DNA from: Vairimorpha necatrix | Taxonomy: Eukaryota | NCBI GenBank assembly: GCA_036630325.1 | Contig: CP142736.1 | Coordinates: 124,001-188,000 of the forward strand | DNA length: 64,000 nucleotides | Reading direction: 5' to 3' | Part shown: positions 11,295 to 22,245 of the stretch, piece by piece | Numbering within the stretch: position 1 is the first letter of the stretch | Layout: every line of letters begins with the position of its first letter | Notes under the pieces: model-generated | Told to the model about the DNA's origin: nothing | Seen by the model: only the letters and a program-made list of their open reading frames with translations | Database searches by the model: none | Made by a program: the position numbers and the translations under genes

Positions 11295-12191
11295 TTACAT
11301 AAAAAAGCACTGTCTTGGATATTTGTAATCTTCCAATCTGTAGCCTTTTCCTTTGACATATTTTTCTCCATAGACATGTCCATTTTCATATACAAATCCT
11401 CTGTTCTCTTCTGTTATTGGTTCTTTAGATCCCCTGCAGATTATGATGCTATGTTCCCTTTTATTAAAGGGGACTTCTTTTCTAAGCCCAGTGAACATAC
11501 AAGCTGGACACTCGTTGTCCTGATATTTATCGCACATATTTGTCTTGTAAGAAATAATTCCGTATTCTACTCTACTTTGTAGTCGAGAATTAGAAATACC
11601 AAATGCATCTCTCAAGATAGAAACGTGTCTCTCGTCTTCAGACATTGTGTCTTTGACGCATATTAAATTTATTAAAAATTTTTTTGGAATATTATTATTT
11701 CTCAGAAATTCTAAACTTTCCTTGATTTTTTTATTTATACAAAGATACAAGAAGTATTTTACTTTGACTGTCTCTTCTATGTCATAATTTTTGAAAATAT
11801 TTTTATATTCTCGTAAATATTTCAAAATTTTATCATATTCGTTATTTTTATAAGCTTCACATATTTTGTCTTGTTCTTTAAAAAATAAAATATCACTGTC
11901 TTGATTATATTTCTTACTTAAAAGTGCCGCAGATTCGTAACATTTATTAATATTGAAATATTCTACTATAGCAAATATCATCGGGTCATATTCTTTCCTT
12001 TTTTTTATTAATAAATCTATTTGTTTTATTTCATTTATATTGTTGTTGACCAGGTCTTGTAATTTAGATAGTTTATCATTAAAATTTTGTATTTTGTTCT
12101 GTTTGTGTAATAGAAAAAGTTTGTCTATTGTTCGCTTAGTATTTTTTATGATATTTAATTTTTTAGTTTTTAAAACTATTGATAAATCCAT
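11295..12191 (-). CDS. FYV10: GID/CTLH E3 ligase subunit Fyv10/Gid9/MAEA homologue
   Basis: LisH/CTLH-like middle; C-terminal CPAC..VPFNKREHSIIICRGSKEPITEENRGFVYENGHVYG resembles the MAEA degenerate RING; ccccttacctATG. Confidence 0.8.
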   Translation of the reverse strand: MDLSIVLKTKKLNIIKNTKRTIDKLFLLHKQNKIQNFNDKLSKLQDLVNNNINEIKQIDLLIKKRKEYDPMIFAIVEYFNINKCYESAALLSKKYNQDSDILFFKEQDKICEAYKNNEYDKILKYLREYKNIFKNYDIEETVKVKYFLYLCINKKIKESLEFLRNNNIPKKFLINLICVKDTMSEDERHVSILRDAFGISNSRLQSRVEYGIISYKTNMCDKYQDNECPACMFTGLRKEVPFNKREHSIIICRGSKEPITEENRGFVYENGHVYGEKYVKGKGYRLEDYKYPRQCFFM

Positions 12192-12376
12192 AGGTAAGGG
12201 GTAAACAATAGGAGAAAAGTAAAACTTATCTAAATTGTAATAAAAAAGAACGAAGGTGTATCACATTTTGATATTTATTCAATATTATCATAAGTCACTG
12301 GTTTATATGTATGTTTGTTAATACATTCTTAGTCTATTTATTTGTCTTCAGAACTAACAAAATTCAACCAGAAGCA

Positions 12377-13112
12377 GTGCTAGTAGTTTAGCGATCAAAA
12401 GCATTGTGTTGAGACATAAAGTAAGGGACATTATTCCTGACAAGTACGAAAGAATGTTATTATATTAAGATATGCTAAATCTTCTTAAATGATTTAATTT
12501 TTAATAAATTGCTAAATTGATTTATGAAACTTGTGTGCGTCCAGCCTTAGAGATTCTTTGTCTTTTTTGGAAACTCCCTTACGCTCTTAAAAATAATGTG
12601 AGTTCGATGCTCCTCCATTGTAGTAAATGCCGCATGGGCTTTAAAATTTTTTGGTTGACGCTCTCTGGATTTGGAGCATTAAAGCTTTATGAAATATTCA
12701 GACAAGGTATAACTCAAAGCATCTCACATTTTTTATACTTAGTTCTCATGTAGCACGCGCATGGTTTGTGGAAGAAGAGATCGACATAGACCATGAAATG
12801 ACAGATATTGATGTTTATTTGTAAAAAAGCATGTACGAGATACATATAATATTAAGATCTTCTGTTTAGTACGATATTGCCTCTCCTTGAATTTTTATCT
12901 AGTGTGCTTAATTATATTTTCTGCCAATCTGTCTGGTTGCAATATGTATATAAACAAGAGTCTATCTCTTGGATTCAAAGTCCAATTAAAAATAAGTTTT
13001 GAGGCCAAGAGGTTAAAAATTTAAGTGAGTAAAAATCTCATAATAGTAAGCTGATAATTATCCAATGAAGCCATACGCAAGATTCTTTCTTATCTTGACT
13101 TACAATAAAAAA
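12377..13112 (+). ncRNA. tRNA-headed structured non-coding element, copy 2
   Basis: 72-nt cloverleaf-like head 12377-12448 (GTGCTAG/CAAGTAC); TGAAACTTGTGTGCGTCCAGCC at 12525; CAAAGTCCAATT at 12976; AGTAAAAATCTCA; AAGATT..ACTTACAATAAAAA end; colinear with copy 1. Confidence 0.65.
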
Positions 13113-13212
13113 TTCATCAAATATTTTGGAATTAAAGTTCAATAACGACAAAAATGTATTAAAAACCTCATAAGATATATTTATATTATATAATTTTTTA
13201 TTTTTACTTTAT

Positions 13213-14235
13213 CTATAACTCTTCATAATTTATTTTCTTTTTCTTCTTTATTTGTTTTATTCCATTTAATTCGACTTTCGTTTTCTCCTTAATTATCGGA
13301 TTTATATTTTCTAATTTAAATAGCGAATCATCTTTAGTTTCCTTTTTGTCTTCAATAACTTTAGTGAGAACTTTTTCTTTTACAAAATTGGGATCTACGC
13401 CATTCTTAACATTAAAATTTCTCTCATCTTTGTTGTTCTTTTTTCTATGTATATTTTGCTGTTCAGGAATTTCAGTTAATGATTCTTCTTTTTCTTTATT
13501 GGACTGTATTTTTATATTTGTAATATTTTGAACATCTGTTTTTACAATTTCTACTGGTATTTTGTTATTTTGAGCATCTGACTTTTCAGCTGATGGTGGT
13601 GTTTTGTTTTTTTGTAAAATAGACTTGTCAGTTATAATTGGTATTTTATTGAAAATTGATTTTCCTGTCTTTGTTGGTGTTTCATTATTTCGAACATCTA
13701 GATTATTATCATGTTTTGTAGTTTTATTTTTTTGTAAAACTAAATTTTCTTCTTTCAAAGTTATTTTGTTTTTTTGTAAATCTTGCCTATCCGCCAACAA
13801 AGTAGTTTTGTTTTCTGATAAAATTGATTTGTTAGCAATAGGTGGATTCTTTTCGCTTTTTAATTTAGATTTTTTTAATCCAACTCCTAGAATCATTGGC
13901 CCTTCACTGTCCGCTTTCTTTCTTTTATTACTATGACTAATATCATCTTCTATTTGTTCTTTTGTTTTTTCATCTGTACTTGTTTGCTCGCTTTCTCTCC
14001 CTTTGATATAACAAAAATCCCCATCTTTAAAGACCGTTTTAATCTGGACATTGTCAAAGATAACAAACTTGTCCGGTGTATAAACATATTTAACGGTGTA
14101 TGAAATCTTAAAATAATGTGCAAAATAGTATTTTACTTGTTTTATAAGATCCTTAGTTGTACAGTCTAAATTAATAAATAAAATAAATCTTTTATTACTT
14201 TCCGTTATTATTTTTAAGAAAGTTGGGGCTGTCAT
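13213..14235 (-). CDS. Lys-rich protein with folded ~80-aa N-terminal domain, Net1/Tof2/Dnt1 N-terminus-like
   Basis: KRFILFINLDCTTKDLIKQVKYYF..YF..VIFDNVQIKTVFKDGD resembles the Cdc14-binding-protein N-terminal pattern; rest disordered and basic; ccccc upstream of ATG. Confidence 0.6.
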   Translation of the reverse strand: MTAPTFLKIITESNKRFILFINLDCTTKDLIKQVKYYFAHYFKISYTVKYVYTPDKFVIFDNVQIKTVFKDGDFCYIKGRESEQTSTDEKTKEQIEDDISHSNKRKKADSEGPMILGVGLKKSKLKSEKNPPIANKSILSENKTTLLADRQDLQKNKITLKEENLVLQKNKTTKHDNNLDVRNNETPTKTGKSIFNKIPIITDKSILQKNKTPPSAEKSDAQNNKIPVEIVKTDVQNITNIKIQSNKEKEESLTEIPEQQNIHRKKNNKDERNFNVKNGVDPNFVKEKVLTKVIEDKKETKDDSLFKLENINPIIKEKTKVELNGIKQIKKKKKINYEEL

Positions 14236-14352
14236 TAAAAGGGGGAAAAGACATTGTTAAAATAAAACAACTAATAAAAATCATGTCTCCTTTTTTTTTT
14301 TAATTTACTTAATTGGTTCAAATTAATATTTAACGGATAACGGTTTATTTTT

Positions 14353-16110
14353 ATGGGGTTATTACGTAGTGGAAATATTTTAACATGGAACAGATTATGG
14401 AAAACAAGAGAAATTATTAAAAACAAAGGTATAGACCAGTTCATTATTGTTTATAATCGTAATAAAGATAATATAACGACAGTTAAAGCTTTTGGAGAAG
14501 AATTGGAACTAATAGCAGTTATAAAAAATGAAGGAACTTACAAATTATATTGCGGAGGCGAAAAGATCATAGGCAAGGCGGAAAATACATCTGTAGAATA
14601 TGGCAGGTATATGATAGAAATATCTCCAAAGAATACATATGATGAATCTACAATAGACAAAGTGGAAAATGGTATAACATCTAGTATAAAAGGAATAGAA
14701 GAAGTTAGTGAACCAGATGTCTATATTATTATGATGCCTTGTTTCCCATATATGCACTATAAAAATTTTTACGATACAAAACCTTTGACATCCGACGTAA
14801 CTTTATCTTTAAACTTTCCTGATAACGCGATAACACAACACAAAAGATTTGAATCTTTTACTGAAAATATTAGAAATAGACGTGGTAAGAAAATTGATGG
14901 GTATATAGAAGTGATGGAAGATATTAATTTAATAAACGATAACTTGAATAAGTATATTCATATTGATTCAATGGGACAAGGAATGGGATGTTGTGGTTTA
15001 CAAGTCACAATACAAGGCAAAACAATAGATGAAGCACGATATGTTTACGATATGATGGGCGCACTAGGTCCAGTTTTATTGAGACTAACTAGAGGAACAC
15101 CATGTGCCAATGGGAAACTTTTAAATACAGAAACTAGATGGGAAATGTTAGAAATGAGCGTAGACTGCAGAGTAAATGACGAAAGAGGAAGTGAATCTAT
15201 CTACTCTAATGTAGACAATGAATATGAATATAGTCAGAAAATTCCTAAAAGTCGTTTTTCGCCTTTTGATTTGTTTATATCAAATGATAAAAGAAATTTA
15301 GACAATTATAATGACACTAATCCGCCCATACACAACCCAATATATTCGAAATTAATTAAAAACGGTATAGATCATAAATTGTCGATGCATATCGCATCGT
15401 TATTTATTCGTGATCCTGTAGTAAGTTACGAAGAGACAAATGAACAAACATTTGATGACTTTGAAAATATTCAAAGTTCAAATTGGAGATCTGTTAGATT
15501 TAAAATTCCCATTGAAAGGATGCCAAAAGATTTACGAGGTTGGAAAGTAGAAGTTCGTCCTATGGAAATTCAAGCTACTGCTTTTGAAAATGCTGCATTT
15601 ATTTATCTTGTGTATTTGACGATTCAAGCCATATTAGAATATGATTTGAATTTTTACATACCGATCTCACTAGTAGATGCTAATTTTTTCAACGCAAACC
15701 GTTTTATTAGGAAATCTTCAGATTACCAATCGAAATTACAAGAAGATGATCAAAAATTTTTTTATAGAAAAAATATTACAGATGCCAACGAAGCAGAAGT
15801 CTGTGAAGGCACAGTAAAAGATATATTTTTAGGCACAGAAGAATCTCAAGGAATTTTACATTTTGTCTATAAAATCATAGATGATAAATATAGCGCACAT
15901 AGTGAATTTCTAAAAAAGTATATTAATTTTATAGAGGATAAAATCAATAACAAATATTTATCATTGAGTGATTATATTAGGAAGTTTGTTATTACACATC
16001 CCGATTATAAAAATGATAGTGTCTTGTCAGATGTCATTCTAAATGAATTAATAGAAAACATGGTAAAAATAAGACAAAATAATAACACTGACTATCTCAA
16101 GAATGAATGA
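14353..16110 (+). CDS. GSH1: Glutamate-cysteine ligase catalytic subunit
   Basis: MGLL..G..L.W start, FGEELE, EYGRYMIE, IHIDSMGQGMGCCGLQVT, FENIQSSNWRSVRFK, GWKVEVRPMEIQ. Confidence 0.97.
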   Translation: MGLLRSGNILTWNRLWKTREIIKNKGIDQFIIVYNRNKDNITTVKAFGEELELIAVIKNEGTYKLYCGGEKIIGKAENTSVEYGRYMIEISPKNTYDESTIDKVENGITSSIKGIEEVSEPDVYIIMMPCFPYMHYKNFYDTKPLTSDVTLSLNFPDNAITQHKRFESFTENIRNRRGKKIDGYIEVMEDINLINDNLNKYIHIDSMGQGMGCCGLQVTIQGKTIDEARYVYDMMGALGPVLLRLTRGTPCANGKLLNTETRWEMLEMSVDCRVNDERGSESIYSNVDNEYEYSQKIPKSRFSPFDLFISNDKRNLDNYNDTNPPIHNPIYSKLIKNGIDHKLSMHIASLFIRDPVVSYEETNEQTFDDFENIQSSNWRSVRFKIPIERMPKDLRGWKVEVRPMEIQATAFENAAFIYLVYLTIQAILEYDLNFYIPISLVDANFFNANRFIRKSSDYQSKLQEDDQKFFYRKNITDANEAEVCEGTVKDIFLGTEESQGILHFVYKIIDDKYSAHSEFLKKYINFIEDKINNKYLSLSDYIRKFVITHPDYKNDSVLSDVILNELIENMVKIRQNNNTDYLKNE

Positions 16111-16162
16111 GAAAATAAAATCAATTTTTTAAAATTTTTAATAAATTTATAACCGTTTTTTA

Positions 16163-17083
16163 ATGAAGGGTTGTTTGTATTTCAATTTGGAATATCAAAA
16201 TGCTTTCGTATTGGATTATTATCATATTACTTGTAATGATTATAACAATATAACAAATATGTTGTGTTATGGCACTAATGAAGGAAGTCTGATTTTTTCG
16301 TGTACTAGGTTGATCCACGATTCTAATGAAATAAAATTTACAAATAGAAATATAACAGATGTGCCTATTTACAATGTAAACTGGCTTGATGATACGCGCA
16401 TTGGTGTATCTTTTGCTGACTCTATGTTTGTTATATTTGATGTGCAAAGCGACAAGATTATTTCGTATGAAGATGACAGTGGCACAGTGAGATACATAAA
16501 AAAATATAATGATAAAATATTCTACACATGTGGAAGAAATAAATGCGCAAGTGCTTGGGACATCAGAACAATGGACAGAATCAAAACACTTGAGCATGAA
16601 AATACAGTCACATGTGTAGAATTCCATACTACTAATAAAAATCTTATATACACAACATCAACACCCGGCACAATTGTCCACTACTGGGATTTGAGATACA
16701 CGAAAAACGGAAAAAACTACGCTACTAAAAAAACTATTTCTAATTCATTTTGTAGAGAATTATTTTTCTATAAAAATAATCTGTATAGTAAAAATATTAT
16801 ATCTTCTTTACACAAGATATCCCAGACCGCAAAGTATAAGAATATCTTATTTAAGTATAATAGCCCGTCTTACTGTGGATCTATTAGTTATAATGAAAGG
16901 TATGATTGTCTTTTAACTAGTGTAGGAGATGACGTGTATTGTATTAATAATAAAGAATGTAAAAAAAATAGAATAAATGTACCGAATGATACAATAGGAT
17001 GTGTAAGTTATAGTGATCATAGTTTATTGTTAAATAATGCACAGAATGTTTTTCTCTATAAATTAAATCCAGAAATAAATTGA
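16163..17083 (+). CDS. WD40-repeat protein, probably Cdt2/DTL-like
   Basis: WD repeats IYNVNW..ADS..IFDV, GTVRYI..FYTCGRN..AWDIR, VTCVEF..IVHYWDLR (WDxR motifs). Confidence 0.75.
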   Translation: MKGCLYFNLEYQNAFVLDYYHITCNDYNNITNMLCYGTNEGSLIFSCTRLIHDSNEIKFTNRNITDVPIYNVNWLDDTRIGVSFADSMFVIFDVQSDKIISYEDDSGTVRYIKKYNDKIFYTCGRNKCASAWDIRTMDRIKTLEHENTVTCVEFHTTNKNLIYTTSTPGTIVHYWDLRYTKNGKNYATKKTISNSFCRELFFYKNNLYSKNIISSLHKISQTAKYKNILFKYNSPSYCGSISYNERYDCLLTSVGDDVYCINNKECKKNRINVPNDTIGCVSYSDHSLLLNNAQNVFLYKLNPEIN

Positions 17084-17687
17084 AATTATAAAATCAATAT
17101 AATAATATATTTTAAAAATTATTTTTTAAATTTTTGAGCACATACTGTTTGAGATATCTTTTTAAAATATTTTCAAGATTTAATTCGTTTTTATATTGTT
17201 CTCGTTGGAATTTTAGATACTTTTTAGTGTCTTCTTAATTACCTTAATTTAGAAATGGGCCTGATTTTGACGATAAATTTATTAATTGATGCATCCCTTT
17301 AAATCTTTTCATTTCTCGTAACATGTAATAATGTCGACGATATGAATTGTCGGGGACTAAACACCTGTTTGGCTTTTCTTAGATAAAGTAAGATCAGAAA
17401 ATAGAAAGGTTATAATTAACAAGAATAAATTTCCGTCTTGCATGTTTACCAGTTAATATATCAGAAAATGTAATTTTCGATGAAGCGGTTTTTAATTTGA
17501 TTTAACGGCCAATAAAATAAGATTTAGTAGGTAAATAAAATATCGATCTAAAATTAAGATAATATTTCTAAGAACTCATTTCACAATCGTATCTTGTAAA
17601 AAATTATTTATTTTTTTCATTATGAAGTTTGTTTAGGGGGTTTGTTTATTTGGATAATTTTCGTTTGTTTGGGTTTGTGATATTTTA

Positions 17688-17699
17688 CCCCCTTAAAAA
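17688..17699 (+). promoter_or_regulatory. Microsporidian CCC-like start-proximal motif (representative site)
   Basis: CCC within ~15 nt of ATG at 12191, 14235, 17700, 22956, 23634, 25922, 28886, 32213, 35623, 36717, 38867, 40248, 48080, 62541; known microsporidian signal. Confidence 0.85.
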
Positions 17700-19445
17700 A
17701 TGAAGGAAAAAGACTTAACATCTGAAACATATCTAGACCCGAATTTTGATTATAAAAAATTAACCAAACTTGAACTAAAAAAAATACTCTTTGAAAATAA
17801 TGTAAATGTAAGATCTAACGCCTTAAAACAAGAATTACTTGACAATTATAAAACTAATATCTACGATAAGATAGATGAAATAAAATTAAATAAAAAACGA
17901 GAAATAGAAAAAATGAATAATATCTACCAGAGTGGAAGTTCTATAGTGGAGATAGATTTGAATGATAATAGAGAAAGAGTAAAAAGAAATAGTGCATCAG
18001 GCAGACCAGTTAAAAAAAATGAAGAGGTTATAACACCTAGTAAAAAGAAACCCATTTCGTTGAATGAAAAATTAGCACATATAAAAAACAAACCTAAAGA
18101 CGAAAAAGAAGAAGAAACAAGTTTTGTTGAAGAAGACAAACAAAATAGAAAAAACATTTTTAGTAACGTGTATGAAAAAAAACCAGAAGCCAAAGAAGAT
18201 AAACCACAGGCGAAAGAAGTTAAAAGCGAAATTAGACCAGATATAAAAGAAAAGCCCACACAATTTAAACCTGAAGTAAAAGAAAAATATACTCAATTTA
18301 AAGAAATAAAACCAGATATGAAAGATTTTAAACCACAAGTTAAACCTGAAGTAAAAGAAAAGTTTCCACATGCTAAAGAAATTAAAGAAGAAACAAACAT
18401 TTCACATAAAAATTTTATGAGCTCAACGAAGGATCAGAACATTGAGCCCGAAGAGAAAATTCAAATACCAAAAATGCGAAAAAATACAGAAATTCCCAAC
18501 AAAGAACTTCTTAAAAGTTTTATAGAAGAAGACATGAAGAAAAATTCAAGTAGAAGATTGTCAACTAGTAACGAATGCTTTAATTCGTCATTTTCAGCAT
18601 ATGACGGAACAGCCTTCCAAAGTAAAATTTCTACTGCTCCAAAAAGCAAAAAGGGCAAATATTTTTTTTTATTTATCTTATTTTTTTTAATAGTCGGAGT
18701 GTTTTTAGCGATAAAACAATTTCCTTACAATAATGGAAAATGTTTCTTCTGTGTAAATGTTCCATTTCATGGGAAAATCATAGGAAATAATTTGATCTGT
18801 GACAAAGGCTACATTTTCAAAAAATCCATTTTTGGAAATTATTGTATGAAAGACAATTCGAAGATTAAAAAAATCGAAGAGATAGTTTCAAAACTCGAAT
18901 TTAAACATGGAGATTACAAATACGGAAGATGTTTAACACCATATCTCAATATTAAAGATTTGACAAAAAATGAAGAACTATTAAATGAACTTAAAGATCA
19001 TCCTAAAATTATCATACAAGATAACAAAATTTGTACGAAAACTTACAAAATTTCTCTTAGAACATTTTCTCATTTTTATTTTAAAAAAATATTTTTTATT
19101 AGTATGCCGATTTTGTTCTTGATTTGTTTGGTTAAATATATAAAGTACAAATTAAAATTGAAGAGAGAAATTGAAATAGAATCTAAGAAAATTTCTAAAG
19201 ATGTATTAAATGTCCTTCTTAGACAATTAATAATTTCTACTAATAATAGTAGATTCCCAGAATATGTGTATATTGACCAATTAAAAGATGTATTTGGAGA
19301 AAATCGACAAATTTGGAATGCAGTGGTAAATAAAGTCACAAATAATTCTAATGTATCTACTTTACAAATAGAAAATAAAGAAGCGTGGCAGTGGATTGGA
19401 CCAATTATGAGAAGAAAAGAGAGTATTGAAAATATAGTAATATGA
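17700..19445 (+). CDS. SRC1: Inner nuclear membrane protein Heh1/Src1/Man1 family
   Basis: N-terminal HeH/LEM-like YLDPNFD..KLTKLELKKIL..NV..SNALKQELL; two TM segments around a Cys-containing lumenal part; C-terminal MSC domain ending WQWIG. Confidence 0.9.
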   Translation: MKEKDLTSETYLDPNFDYKKLTKLELKKILFENNVNVRSNALKQELLDNYKTNIYDKIDEIKLNKKREIEKMNNIYQSGSSIVEIDLNDNRERVKRNSASGRPVKKNEEVITPSKKKPISLNEKLAHIKNKPKDEKEEETSFVEEDKQNRKNIFSNVYEKKPEAKEDKPQAKEVKSEIRPDIKEKPTQFKPEVKEKYTQFKEIKPDMKDFKPQVKPEVKEKFPHAKEIKEETNISHKNFMSSTKDQNIEPEEKIQIPKMRKNTEIPNKELLKSFIEEDMKKNSSRRLSTSNECFNSSFSAYDGTAFQSKISTAPKSKKGKYFFLFILFFLIVGVFLAIKQFPYNNGKCFFCVNVPFHGKIIGNNLICDKGYIFKKSIFGNYCMKDNSKIKKIEEIVSKLEFKHGDYKYGRCLTPYLNIKDLTKNEELLNELKDHPKIIIQDNKICTKTYKISLRTFSHFYFKKIFFISMPILFLICLVKYIKYKLKLKREIEIESKKISKDVLNVLLRQLIISTNNSRFPEYVYIDQLKDVFGENRQIWNAVVNKVTNNSNVSTLQIENKEAWQWIGPIMRRKESIENIVI

Positions 19446-19508
19446 ATAAATATAAAAATAAAGATTTATAATATAAAAAAAATTGAATAAAAAATTTTAT
19501 CTTTTATA

Positions 19509-21063
19509 CTAGCGTATGCTTTCCCGTTTTGAAAACGGGATCTAAAAGTTTAGTTTTAAAATATGTCCAGTCTCAGTAAATTTTGTAAAGTTTCCATTTT
19601 GGGATGATTGAATTTGACAGAGTTTAGACATGATTTATAAAAATACTTTTTAGTGACATAGAAGGAGTAAAGTTGAGTTAAAAACACTTATGAGTCTCAA
19701 TGAAATAATTTTATGGAATTCTAAGCTCAATTTTTAAGACTTATATTCGATTTTTTTTGGTTAATGTTTTTGTGAATTTTTCTAGAAGGGTTAAATAAAT
19801 TCTAAAAAACGATTCTGACGATATTTTGGAACTGAGTTTCATTTAAATAATAATCAAAATTAAAAAGTATTAACTCATAACATACATACTTAGAATAGTC
19901 AAATTGAAGCAATAAATCTATATTTGATATTTTAATAACATATTAAGCATTAAATATGTAGTTTAGAAATTTCAAAATCACAAAAAAGAGGGGTAAAAAA
20001 TTGAATAAAATTCTTTTATATATATGACTAGCGTATGCTTTCCCGTTTTGAAAACGGAATTAATATATTTTGTTTATGGCATGTATTTCCTCCTTTAATT
20101 TTGTTAAGTTTCTATTTTGGATGAATAAATTTGAAAAGGAGAAAACATGATTTTGAAAAATACTTTTTAGTAACATATAAGGAGTAATGTTGTTGTAAAA
20201 CATTTAATAATCTCAATGAGATAATTTTGGAAACTTCTAAGCTCAATTTTTGACACTTTTATTCAATTTCTTCTTTTGTCAATTGTTTTTAAAATTTTTC
20301 TAGAAGGGTTAAATAAATTCTAAAAAACGATTCTGACGATATTTTGGAACTGAGTTTTACAAAAATAATAATTAAATCAAAAAAGTATTAACTAATAACA
20401 TACACACTTAGAATATTCATATTAAGGCAGTAAATCTACATTTGATATTACAATGATACAATAAGCTTTAATAAGAAGTTTAGATTTACAAAACCATAAA
20501 AAATAGGGGTAAAAAATTAAATAAAATTCTTTTATATATATGACTAGCGTATGCTTTCCCGTTTTGAAAACGGGATCTAAATGTTTAGTTTTTTAATATG
20601 TCGCTCCTCGGTGAATTTTGTAAAGTTTCCATTTTGGGATGAATGAATTTAATAAGGAGAAAACATAATTTTTAAAAATACTTTTTAGTGACATATAAGG
20701 AGTAATGTTGTTTATAAACAATTAATTATCTCAATAAGATAATTTTGGGAACTTTTAAGCTCATTTTTTGACACTTATATTCAACTTTTTCTTTGATTAA
20801 TGTTATTGTGAATTTTTTCTAGAAGGGTTAAATAAATTCTAAAAAACGATTCTGACGATATTTTGGAACTGAGTTTTCTAAAAATAATAAATAGAATAAA
20901 AATGCATTAATATATAGTATACGCACTTACAATTATCGAATTTAAGCATTGAGTTTAAATTTGATATTACAATAACACAATAAGCTATAATAAGAAGTTT
21001 GGATTTTACAAAATCATAAAAAAGAGGGGTAAAAAATTAAATAAAATTCTTTTATATATATGA
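19509..21063 (-). mobile_element. Non-autonomous Helitron, tandem array of 3 units (19509-20027, 20028-20543, 20544-21063)
   Basis: Each unit on minus: 5' TCATATATATAAAAG, 3' hairpin CCCGTTTTCAAAACGGG then CTAG; array between A and T; CTAG|TC junctions; no TSD. Confidence 0.9.
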
Positions 21064-21240
21064 TGATGATAAGAGTTTTAAAAATTTTATAATTTTTTTA
21101 AGCCAAGTTTTTAAAACAATTGCAAAAAAATTGAATATATGTTTTGAGCGTATTAAAATTAGCTAGATAATTTTTTCAGGCAAGTTTAAAAAAATTTAGT
21201 GTATCATATTATATAAAAATGTAATAAATATTGTATCTTT

Positions 21241-22245
21241 TTAATTTTTTTGGTACTTTTGTTTATAAGCATTCGTACATGTTTCCGGGTTGTCACTACT
21301 ACTCGTCATACTATTTTTTAATGGCGCAAATTCCTTATCTCTAGGTACACTCATCACCATATTCTTTTCAGTAAACAAAAATGCATCAAAAATAAAACAC
21401 TCTTTTTTTATACAAATCACTTCTTCCGGTTTATTTATTTGATCTCTAATATTTTTCGGGATTTTTTTAATAGCTTTATGTATAGGAAGTTTTTTATCTC
21501 TCATAGATTTTATAAAATCAGTACGGAACAAATGATTGCAAATATTCCCTTCACATTCATAATCTTCTTTATTATCCATTTCCGAATATTCTTTAACTTC
21601 TATTTTCCCATTATTTAATGTAAAAATTCCTACATTTTCATTAGGAAGTTTTTTTACACTTTTACTTAAAATGTCCAGTTTTTTTTCTATAAATGCGCCT
21701 ATAAATTCCGGGTTAAGTATTTCTGCTAGTATATTGTCTACTGATATTACATTTATAGCGTATATATCATGTAGATCTATTTTGTTTATAGAATTAAATA
21801 TGTCTCCGTTACCATTTGGCGCTGTTAATACCATATCATTTATTTTTATTACTTCGTCGTTTTCATATGTACAAGTCAAACTGGTCTGTTTAAAGAAGAC
21901 AACGTCTAATTGGAAATTGTTATTTGATTTGAAATATGCTACAACGTCTTCGTGTGTATTATCAGAAGTCATGATAAATAATTTGATCATGTTTGAATAC
22001 TCTTTACTTTTTATATTTTTAATATGGTGTTCGAATAATGTCAGACCACATATTTTGAATAATCCTTTGGGTCCATCGCATCCTAGTCTAGTACCTTGGC
22101 CACCACTGAGAATGACGACTCCGAATTTATTCTGAGACAGAGTAGATAATCCCAGTTTTCTGTAATTTTCACCTTGTTCAGTAAGATTTCCTTCATTATC
22201 GTAGATTTTTATTAATTTTGGACTATTTGAATTTACAATTTCCAT
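21241..22245 (-). CDS. UAP1: UDP-N-acetylglucosamine pyrophosphorylase
   Basis: LSGGQGTRLG..GPKG, APNGNG, SVDNIL, EYSE, FIFDAF, EFAPLKN. Confidence 0.96.
   Translation of the reverse strand: MEIVNSNSPKLIKIYDNEGNLTEQGENYRKLGLSTLSQNKFGVVILSGGQGTRLGCDGPKGLFKICGLTLFEHHIKNIKSKEYSNMIKLFIMTSDNTHEDVVAYFKSNNNFQLDVVFFKQTSLTCTYENDEVIKINDMVLTAPNGNGDIFNSINKIDLHDIYAINVISVDNILAEILNPEFIGAFIEKKLDILSKSVKKLPNENVGIFTLNNGKIEVKEYSEMDNKEDYECEGNICNHLFRTDFIKSMRDKKLPIHKAIKKIPKNIRDQINKPEEVICIKKECFIFDAFLFTEKNMVMSVPRDKEFAPLKNSMTSSSDNPETCTNAYKQKYQKN

Noticed and set aside
17360-17410. U2 snRNA-like GGCTTTT..TAAGATCA
   Set aside because: Lacks the GTAGTA branch-pairing sequence
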